A stretch of 44,498 nucleotides of DNA. Origin: a virus. Lineage: Duplodnaviria; Caudoviricetes. Below, one piece after another: positions 11,501 through 18,100 of the stretch. The DNA is taken from positions 1-44,498 of IMG/VR virus record IMGVR_UViG_3300020379_000574, one strand, 5' to 3'. The position numbers and the translations under genes are program-made. Below the pieces are notes generated by a model. It had not been told where the DNA came from. It saw nothing but the letters and a program-made list of their open reading frames with translations, and did not search any database. How positions within the stretch are numbered: the stretch's first letter is position 1; every line of letters starts with the position of its first letter.

Positions 11501-14500
11501 TATGGATCAATACCAGAACGAGGATAAGTTTTAGCAGCTGAAGGATCTTGTAAACAAGTAAACGTTAATGAATCATTAGCAATAGTAATATTACGACCTA
11601 CACCTAAACCATGCTGTCCAATGGTAAATACCATGTCTCCTGTAGTAGGATCGTATTCAGCATAAGTTGGTTGGAAATATTTGTTTGCAGGAGATGCACC
11701 AATATTAACAGTAATGGAAGATGTTGTAGTTGATGTAACTGGAATAGATCTTACAGCATAAGGATCTATTCCTACACGAGGATATTGCTTAGCTGTGTCA
11801 CGATTATCCATGTCACATGTAAATGACAAGGACTCACTAGCAATAGTAACACTTCCTCCAACTGGAATGGAATGAGTTCCAATGTCTAAGAGTAAATCTC
11901 CAGTAGCAGGATTATATGATGCTGAAGATGGAGTAAAATCTACGTTTGCAGGTGATATACCAACATTAACAGTAAAGGTATCATCAGTTTTTGATATAAT
12001 TGGAAGTGCTCTTCCAGATGCTGGATCACCTGGTCTAGGATAAGTATGCTCAGTAGCATTATTATCCATCAAACAAGTAAATGTAAGACTGTTATCTGCA
12101 ATTGATATACCAGTTCCAATATCGAATCCGTGATTAACCTTAGTAAATACTAATTCTCCAGTCGTAGAGTTATACGTAGCATTTGTAGGTGTTAAACTAC
12201 TAGTTGTAGTACCACCAATTTCATAAACAGAGTAATAAACTTTTGCAAATTGCTCGTTGATTTTTGCTACAACTTCATCAGCAATAAATTCTCTGTTGTT
12301 TCTAATTTGAGCAACAGCATCCTGATATCTCCTTGCTACAGGAGTTGATTCATTAAATTTAAATGGTGAGTTAAGTAGAGATAGAGTTACAGATTTAGAA
12401 TAATTTACTACCTGTGCAAATTGACCAGGATCATAGTTATTGTTAGTTAGAGAAGGTAATTTTTTAGGAATAACAAAACGTCTAGATCTACCATCAGGAT
12501 CTTCAATAACCTTGTAAATTCTTTGCTTACCATTTAAACTTGATAAGTCAGGAGCACTGGTAGAAAGACCAGAAATTTCAATTTCTTGACCTTCTTTAAA
12601 ATCATGAATGTTATCGTCTTCTACAAGTGGGTTTGTATAGAAAACAATACCACCAAGATCTTCTGCTGAACCAGCATCACCAAAACCACCAGTTGCAATA
12701 CTAGGATCTCCTTGTAAAGAGAAGTCAATTCTAGTAATTGGTAGAACAGATGTAATATTTTCATTAGTTTCAACGACTTCACCTTCAGCTCTAATTGAGA
12801 TGATATCTGTAGTAACTAAAGAATATGTGTCTCTTAAATATGTAAACTCAAGAGTTCCTGTTCCGTTGTTAGCTGCTCCTGCATCATGGGTTGGGTTTGA
12901 TTCTCCAGAAGTACCAGCAGCAGATACGTTGTATACATGATCTTCTGTCCAAACAACAGTACCAACTGTATATGCTGTTAAAGGTTGGAATCTTTCACTG
13001 TTTGCACCACCATATACTAATGTTTCACCTGGTGTTACAGAACCAGAAACTAAACCATAATCAAAAGTACCTGACTGATATGCTGAAGGTCCAGTAGTTT
13101 CATTAAATGCAACTGCTTTTGATATAACAATACCACCAGCGTTAACACCTCTTAATTCAATACCAGAAACTAAGTTAGCAAGACCACCATTAGATTGGTA
13201 AGTTGCACGGAAAATATCTTCACCAAATATTTGGTGACCTATTGGGAAGGTTGTTTCAAAATCTCCATTAATATTATAATCATATGTGACTCTTTGCTTG
13301 TCATCAAAGACCATAGCATAGTCCCACGTAAATGTGGAGAAACCATCAGAGTCAACTTGGTCACGATATGTTACACCAATAACATAGTTCTTATCACTAA
13401 ACTTAATTAAATGTTTACGTGGATTTGATGGTCTAACAATAACCAAACGAAGGTTATCACCAACAATAGAACAATCTGGAGGTAGTGAAATTGGGTTATT
13501 CTCTGTGTAATCACCACCAGATACAATAAGAGATTCTTTAACGCCAGGAGTTGACCATGCTAATTGTGCTGCCTTTTTGATTGTTCTGACAGGAGAAACA
13601 GCAGAACGACCATCGTTCTCGTCATTACCAATCTGCTGTGAAACGTAAATACGTCCACCAACGTCATTCGTTGCTAGATTAAGAACGTATTCTGTAGTTG
13701 CAATCTTATCAGATGAATCACCTAGTATAGGAGTGATAGATCTTGGATAGATACCACTTTCACCAGTATTGTTATAGTACGCTTCATTTTCATCACTTAC
13801 GCGGAAACCAACGTGTTTGAAGAGTACACCAGGAGTTGGATCACCAAGTGCATTACCATTTACTTGTTCACCATCAATGTGTAATGGTGGATCTAATGGA
13901 TCATTTGATGTAGTACCAACACTCATCGCTTGGTAAACGTTACCACCACGATAAACAAAGGTATTGATTTGTAGAAGCCTATCTGGTGACCAAGGAGTAC
14001 CAGTGTTATTAATAAATGTCTTTAAGTTTGGTGCTCTAACCTGAGCATCTGGAGTAACAAGATTATCAATATCAAGGTTTAAAATTCTTGCAGTATCAGA
14101 AATGATAGATGTAGAAGTTCTGATAGCACCATTGATATCAAGTTCATAATCAACAGTATCTAGAAAAGTTTGTGCAGCTGCACCTTGACCATTTCCTCCA
14201 GTGATGCTAATAGCAGGAGCAGATGTATATCCATCACCAGGATTATCAATAAGAACACCAGAAAGTCTTCCTTCTGGAGATAAAGATGCTGACGCTAATG
14301 CTTGGATCCCACCAGGATCATTAGGAGCACTAATAGTGACAGTTGGTTGTAGGGTGTACCCATTACCAGAGTTAGTTACGATAATTCGGTCAATTCTACT
14401 ACCAGTTCTGTTAATACCAACACGAGGTAACTTAGTTGATGGATCTAAGAGAGTTCTTACGACCTCCTTCTCATCAGAACTGGTTCCTGATCGGATAGTA

Positions 14501-14574
14501 AATTGACTATCTCCAACAACAGATGGAGTATTAGCCCTAATTTGCTCTTTGTCAGAATTAATCTTAAAGCTCAT
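2536..14574 (-). CDS. Giant multidomain tail fibre / virion structural protein (4012 aa)
   Basis: Uninterrupted 12-kb Gly/Thr/Ser-rich ORF. It has GxGY..P repeats, a pectin-lyase-like beta-helix entry (IYVS..GND.NDG...P.RTIK.A), LDADTLDG/LDADKMDG fibre motifs, VGIN/VGLG repeats and a C-terminal ...TVANGGSWTIV. It lies between the baseplate and neck genes. Confidence 0.85.
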   Translation of the reverse strand: MSFKINSDKEQIRANTPSVVGDSQFTIRSGTSSDEKEVVRTLLDPSTKLPRVGINRTGSRIDRIIVTNSGNGYTLQPTVTISAPNDPGGIQALASASLSPEGRLSGVLIDNPGDGYTSAPAISITGGNGQGAAAQTFLDTVDYELDINGAIRTSTSIISDTARILNLDIDNLVTPDAQVRAPNLKTFINNTGTPWSPDRLLQINTFVYRGGNVYQAMSVGTTSNDPLDPPLHIDGEQVNGNALGDPTPGVLFKHVGFRVSDENEAYYNNTGESGIYPRSITPILGDSSDKIATTEYVLNLATNDVGGRIYVSQQIGNDENDGRSAVSPVRTIKKAAQLAWSTPGVKESLIVSGGDYTENNPISLPPDCSIVGDNLRLVIVRPSNPRKHLIKFSDKNYVIGVTYRDQVDSDGFSTFTWDYAMVFDDKQRVTYDYNINGDFETTFPIGHQIFGEDIFRATYQSNGGLANLVSGIELRGVNAGGIVISKAVAFNETTGPSAYQSGTFDYGLVSGSVTPGETLVYGGANSERFQPLTAYTVGTVVWTEDHVYNVSAAGTSGESNPTHDAGAANNGTGTLEFTYLRDTYSLVTTDIISIRAEGEVVETNENITSVLPITRIDFSLQGDPSIATGGFGDAGSAEDLGGIVFYTNPLVEDDNIHDFKEGQEIEISGLSTSAPDLSSLNGKQRIYKVIEDPDGRSRRFVIPKKLPSLTNNNYDPGQFAQVVNYSKSVTLSLLNSPFKFNESTPVARRYQDAVAQIRNNREFIADEVVAKINEQFAKVYYSVYEIGGTTTSSLTPTNATYNSTTGELVFTKVNHGFDIGTGISIADNSLTFTCLMDNNATEHTYPRPGDPASGRALPIISKTDDTFTVNVGISPANVDFTPSSASYNPATGDLLLDIGTHSIPVGGSVTIASESLSFTCDMDNRDTAKQYPRVGIDPYAVRSIPVTSTTTSSITVNIGASPANKYFQPTYAEYDPTTGDMVFTIGQHGLGVGRNITIANDSLTFTCLQDPSAAKTYPRSGIDPYADSKSIAITAVGESLHTPTDAPYDATSGLITFTVNDHGFTTGDYVKIADNSLTYSCAIGGNYTHQFVSATGGAVKSGGNYSHTFVSAVANGVNSNAGNLPNPVTNVVYTPSTGNMVITSNGHGLTTGNTLTIADNALKFTCSMDNNATEHSYPRPSDPVSGQTISITGTTTNTITVNVGSSPIVSHDVSNASYDPYTGELQLTIGSHSLDGQTIASPTTGTTYNPTTGIMSITTDSAHGFVVGDKVKLDDGAVKFSCSYGAGNHNYVGGTATGAVKVVGGNRFDVTNAAYTPTTGELELTIGTHSLSTANKVKINAASLDFECDADNYNTTHSYPRPSDPVAGEEIDVTSVTGTTITVNVGVSSPGTSYPRGPENHTVSDAAYVPASGVMTLTIGAHSLQAGDKIKLAEESLIFECPAAVGTHAFVTGAPSAISGGGSQFTAAAGTTYNPNTGEMVLEIGSHSLTQGNTITMSNGAVTFTCDADNNATNHQYPRATDPVSGENIAITNVSATTITVNVGVASTTNQSAYPRATGANTASGADYAYDNELIISAVTTDSVTVNVNGGQGAISINSVHTFVSGTANGVSTGADPISGKWIQVLAVGSSTSFDIQVLDTVPSTNTDTHTFISGVANSITKKGSSVRLDPESLKFTCDKDGNASQHDYPRATDPAYNTSLDIIETTGTTITLNVGKADVGSSYPRAGFDPISGRWVPITVVDTNTFRISVGDSSYTGTHTFLSASENAISRQDGTITINVGISSNTTAHTFVTAAAQAIRYEPQSTHYFEGSAANAVRFRAQTAHTFVRTTNGNLSTGGNSFKVFLGANRFTHTYVSGGTATFGGVTYNITNFVYDNLITGTAVVTVNASIPNIAEDDTVQLDDILFECDIDGVTTQKKYPSFSIPSGDSKCVRDVKHFINAITADLEFGSNHNTINAAKKYIDATVTKIDFVDTEIIQTVRAMEYARELCIYAMRKWRTGTGLTTDPVYTPVYSSIPRYFDPTIIDDLNAGGACNNVQSAIDTLAYLFVDVLANNASGTYLDAAYLITRNRDHITDEAYRATRNNFPSLVLNNVDERKCRRDINIIISGLIRDLVLGGNIGIVQAAETYYTGNELTGIPASELAPTIYAYNQVKNLCIEAMRNFVDDAGNTTPVLFTSIPRFTDNTILGDPSGNPLCANVQASINTAFALIEDILDGTITKGDTTQTTGTLLDTADLYTYPDSFISDQNNVKIAVRSTYDDYPIIEASPYTQNSSVISKLGGGGALIDGDKVKQPNCPFPGLTIEGAAKFPNQGKSMVASAFTIVSEGGTGYRIINDGYVQLVSVFCIFCADGVLAESGGYASITNSATNFGIFALRARGYSEISYDFDNAIIGNVSSTPTGRTILSVSGLGREPLEHYVVKIDGFENVNPEIEYFVDTVEGVTVGPPFSAQLTLESGSGGPAEFKNSTTGNVVSVTTLVGETIRLHRPSIVNSSSHTWEYAGSGTSYLALPENGGVKVEANEQVSENYGRTYVSGTDEIGDFKVGTFARIENRTGNITFTGTVTISEVEFLKLKGGDVVVTGFDNSNTLGGANSSDSKLPTQKAVKDFITNNLGPFINKPYSTNPVPRALVELTDSGKISEDQIPPLRPFQVYTVADQAERVAIEGALAGDIAIQQDITTSFILNNDNESLFVSFAVDSTLQFTIGDIFTGNISGGKIQSTEYRQGVVYQLNIVDGGSGYVTPPIVTVSGNQQAGGVPANITAEIANGQVVILNIELFNTYVGGKGYTVPPTITIAAPAGSGTQATANALIESRVYGDIVNNVKIVDTDTIESSDLPAETININRVINTSASNTNNWVSLSSNQIAATDITSGVISTARLASNASGEQSAANSFTFLRGDQAYAPAVQTLKGPETRYFAKLKIQANSGASQLIFDSSSDFLKGHEVTQITGIQVDTNIDGVLTESGETTITLDKFLTATLPAGTVLEFSRGASPLTFESSQTQGGFVDKIVIAQGGSGFDAGPFFDVPLTGGAPGTGLRANIFTTNGSVTGINITDSGEGYLSDFAVSSSPTEIGAGSGLSLLAKVSTVNRQYANVAIDIQRVSDLTTSGDPYGTLGVSRYLKSQFNIGDAGNGSVSINTGPDSGLDADTLDGAQGTFYLNAGNMNAGFLPTERLSGTYNISISNTSGNTLRLKTADAPLSNPSPDEFSAGIIADTKNNSTDGLSDGGSKHLVMTIRNGGSDFDATYGGVRQLAFTDGTAANGGNMWLRGSFNSPANTFANWYQVWTSGNDGTLSGLDADKMDGRQGTWYQTALHMNYGTLSNERLPFLQSAKDNLNKIRVMDWVGTPRYTILVRDELLNTTPFVSGNSVNLYDSVGAGVGAITLTKVEPTQDVNDAANNYTLLTGSLTTGNFTGAKFIGTGGVANAFEFQDFNLSQIDDNVDGIVDGTYEVIVAESDGGNAKLKLGRDGTASTPSIFFKSSQSTATNYNSAFIAQGGNSTDGSGTLEVKVANSSGFTVLGNEIWNAGTVQYYSANIAPSTDSQGNITVRSAVMRDVNGDFAAGTITANLTGSASNNVLKAGDTMTGALIIGGVATSNQALSVSGRGDFLSNITVAADLTVDTNVFHVDATDDAVGFGTSTPDSGIPIHVFKGSVGTSDITTLLKLETTRSDFIATPGGSQILFKNQDGNNSTNEAYIQAVTVNDTDFGDNDEAATNFIFRQTNAGTAQDNVIFTGDGRVGLGIMNPTERLHVEGNAYVSQALTAIQGITLGTTANNDDAPIYFLGNTGGLVGGGPNQLSNFRVGNGMISNDIFEITANDGSQGPTTWKGTPALAILGTSNRVAINTTTFSGQDNTDPNNIINRDYSLNVEGDLNINNGNLYVDNAPFVTSRWTESSDANSANIYRLSKVGINQEDPTYALHIGTSVANSDASVNIEGTTYNSGKNTSVLHANGDPQYLDSYGVFKCNRTIAGEDTTIPANTNAMSVGTIEIGDNTTITVANGGSWTIV
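8810..12240 (-). repeat. Eleven copies of a ~90-100 aa Cys/His module (YxPxTG...HxL...FxC...YPR..DP...TxTVNVG...HxF) within the giant fibre
   Basis: By manual count of the translation, each of five sub-motifs occurs 11 times. Coordinates are approximate. Confidence 0.85.
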
Positions 14575-14602
14575 CTTCTACCAACTATATTATTCCTTTC
14601 TG

Positions 14603-14610
14603 TATTTAGC
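14603..14610 (-). promoter_or_regulatory. Late-promoter-like GCTAAATA upstream of the giant fibre
   Basis: Minus-strand GCTAAATA in the short intergenic gap, about 28 nt before the ATG at 14574. It has the TAAATA core but diverges at the first two positions. Confidence 0.45.
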
Positions 14611-14613
14611 AAC

Positions 14614-15123
14614 CTACAACCAAGCTATACTAACAACTTTTGTGTATGCTACCCATTTTACTGTGCGAATAGTACCTGCTCTTGTTGTAGAGTAACTAAA
14701 ACGATTTGCTACACCCGATGTAAACGGAACAATTTCCCAAGTTTCACCAATTGGAATACCATCTCTAATAATGGTTGTCATTGAAGACAATTCTGTAATA
14801 GCACCATTAGTATCAACTGATAATGCAGTTTCTAATTTTTTTGATAAAACTCCTGATGCATTGTCATTAACAGCAATTATTTGAGATTCAACAAAATTAA
14901 TAGTATTAGATGGTATCTCAATAATAGTGTTACTGTCATCTAATGATAGAGTTGAACTATTGAGACCTCTTAAAATATAATGGTTTGTAGAACTATCAGT
15001 ATAGAAGGAATTTTTTACCTCAAATGAATTGACGTTTTTTATATCTTTAGTTTCATTTACGAGGATAGTTTTATCTACAGAAAAACCACCTACTGAATCT
15101 AGAGTTTTGAGTTGATTAGGCAT
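14614..15123 (-). CDS. Virion-associated hypothetical protein (169 aa)
   Basis: Beta-rich ORF tightly packed between two large structural genes. LDSVGGFSV N-terminus recalled from cyanomyovirus structural regions. Confidence 0.75.
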   Translation of the reverse strand: MPNQLKTLDSVGGFSVDKTILVNETKDIKNVNSFEVKNSFYTDSSTNHYILRGLNSSTLSLDDSNTIIEIPSNTINFVESQIIAVNDNASGVLSKKLETALSVDTNGAITELSSMTTIIRDGIPIGETWEIVPFTSGVANRFSYSTTRAGTIRTVKWVAYTKVVSIAWL

Positions 15124-15128
15124 GGGGA

Positions 15129-18100
15129 TTACTTAATGACATGGGCAACGGTTGTAACACTTACATCATCACCATTTGCTAGATTTGTATCTAGGACAAA
15201 TGTTATTCTCGCTTCATTTGATGCATTGATATCGAATGTAGCAGAACCAATTAAGGTTGCTCCAGTTACTACATTTCCAATCTCTGTGTAATATACATCA
15301 CTACCTTTAGTGATAACAGAGAATTCAATAAATTCTTTATCACCTGTTGTAGTGTTATGAGCAACTAAGGAAACCTTAGATGCAGTTTCAGTGTTTGCAT
15401 TATGTAGATTTGAAGATCCAGTAGCAACACCACCTCTCTCCAAACTTACATCGTTAGTAACAACTTTATAATCAGCAAGTTCCATAACCTTGAGGTCAGT
15501 ATCAAACAACTTAACACCACTGTAAGTTCCTGTTCCAAAACCTAAGTTATAGTAAATATCACCAGTATCAGTCAATCTAAGTAGTGGATCAGTATTTAAT
15601 CCAGAAGAAAGACCTAAATCAAAATTCTCTTTGGTAGAGAATAAGAATGTACTTGCTGTATCAGTATTATCTAATGTTGTATCTAGGGTGCTAAAGGTTA
15701 TTGTATTTGCATCAAGATTTAATTCATTTGTTGACATCGATGCAATCGTGTCAATAGTATGAAATTCAAGTTGAGTAGAATTGACCTGTAATGTATTATT
15801 GTTGGCATTGAAGAATGATAAAATATCTTCATCTGCGCCAGGAGCTGACTCTGCCTGAATGTAAGTATCCTGATCAATATCTTTAACACCACCTAGACCA
15901 CCCCACTGTGCTCCATTATATCCTTCAAATTGAGAATCATCAGTATTATATCTAATAGAACCTTGTGCTGCATTTCCTTTAGAGTTATTATCACCAACTG
16001 GAATCACCAAAGATGTTACTGCATCAATAGTTACTTTTTGACCAGTATTTGGTCTTAACTGTAAATCATTAGTAGTAGTTGAAATTTCATTTACAGAAAG
16101 ACGAAGTTCATTATTAACAACTAAATCTGTAAAACCTAATGGATCAATACGAAGTTCATCAATTTCTTCAAATGTTAAAGATGCAACAGCAGATCCCCAG
16201 AATGTAAGAACTGCAGATCCATTTGTCGATGCTCCACTTGTATGAATTGGTTCATTACCAGATGTTGCTGTAGTACCAGCAGTAGTTACTTCATAGATAT
16301 TATTTCTATACTTGAGATATTCTCCTAATGTTGCTGGAGCATTTGCTATCCATTCTTGATATGCAGGAGCACTTACGTTTCCAGATCTAATTTTCTTAAC
16401 ATTTACAAACTCCTGATACTCTGGTGTTACTTTAAGTGTGTTTACACCATCATTGTAGAAATACAATGTATTATCATTAGCACCAACAGAAGCTTCTGCT
16501 AAAATATATGTGTTGCCATCTAGGTCTCTAACACCACCAAGGGAAGACCATGAAGTAGAATTTTCAGAATAACCTTCATATTGATTAGTTACTGTATTGA
16601 AACGGATTGCACCATTCTCTCCAGCTAAAGGTCTCTGATTGTTATCACCTGAAGGAACTATGAGGGCACTAGTAGAAATAACTTTTACAAGTTCTGCTTG
16701 ACCACCTGGTTCAATTAAAAGTGGTTGACCTGGAACTGTGCTAATTTTATTTTCTGAAATTTCTAACTTATCATTAGAACTAAACTTGTTAGTAGTTTTA
16801 ATAATTCCACTGGTAGTTAGATTACCATCAGTACCAGTAACTTGTAGGTAACCACCTACATCAAAATTACCACTTTGAATTAAAGTTGATGCCCCAGTAT
16901 TAATGGTTAAATCATTAGTGGCAGTAATTGTACTTGCATTTATATCACTACCATTGATAGTAGTAACATTTATTGTGCTGATCGTTGCGGTAGATGCATT
17001 TAAACTGCTACCAGTAATTTCCTGAGCATTGAATGCTCCACTTTCTACATCACTTGTAATAATATCAGTTGACTGAACCGAAGTTATAGAGAAAGTAGCA
17101 CCACTACCAAATACTTTTGGATTACTATTGGACGTAGTTAAGAGACCTTCTGATCCATCATCTCCACCATAATTTTCATAACCAGGAGTTGTACTATAGT
17201 AATAAAGATCTGGTGTATCGTCTGAAATTCTAATTTTTAAAGTATTTGTAGTTCTTGTTACAGAATCTACGTATTCATATCCACTGAATGTTAAAACAGC
17301 AAGACCAGTTACAGTAGCTGGTTGATTAACAGTAATTGTGGTACCACTTATTTCAGTTACTAGAGTATTTGGAGCAAGTCCACCGCTACCACCAGCAACT
17401 GAAACCTGCATTCCTACTAGAAGACCAGTAGCACTATTAACTGTAAATGTATTGGATAGTGCTGTTAAAGTTGTTGTTACTCCTTCAATTCGTGATGGTG
17501 GATTATTTCCATCAGCAAATTCAGATAGTGCAAATCCTTGACCAGATGCACCAGCCAAATCAAAAATGTAAGTATTTCCAGAATAAAGAGTTAAACTTGG
17601 ATGTAGGGAATTATCAATACAGAATTTGGTATATGAATCAGCTACTGTAGCAGCTGCGTAAACTGGAGTTGTGGTTGACTCTTTTACTAATGATTGACCT
17701 GGAACTAAATCTCCAGATTCTGAAACTCTTAAACAAACTTTTACAATATTTCCACCAGCTTCTTCTACTTTATCTACTCTAATAAGATCACTTTCATCTG
17801 AAACAGAAGTTATACTAAGATCAACGTTGTCATCACCATCACTACCACCAACATCAGATCCGTCGATAGTTAAAATTTCGTTTGCATCATAACCAGAACC
17901 ACCTTGTAAAACTTCTACAGTATCAACTTCACCTGTACCTGATCTGGTAATTCTAAACTGAGCTCCTGTACCAGTAGCACCAGCAGCTGTTACTGTATAG
18001 ACAGCATCTGCTTCACCAACAATATCACTAGATGATTGTACTGTAATAGGTGCTAATACTGAACCTGCTGGAATGAATACGTTATCTCCAACACTTAAAG

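Noticed and set aside
8810-12240. Possible CRISPR array or diversity-generating retroelement template/variable repeat pair
   Set aside because: The repeats are in-frame, protein-coding and irregularly spaced. The mismatches are not confined to adenines, and no reverse transcriptase or cas gene is present in the window.
17160-17610. Cupredoxin-like segment in the 1487-aa protein (PSLTLYSGNTYIF...TPDLYYYSTTPGYENYGG)
   Set aside because: The Cys-x-x-His-x-x-Met copper ligands expected after LYYY are absent, so it was not called a copper protein. At most it is a degenerate structural domain.
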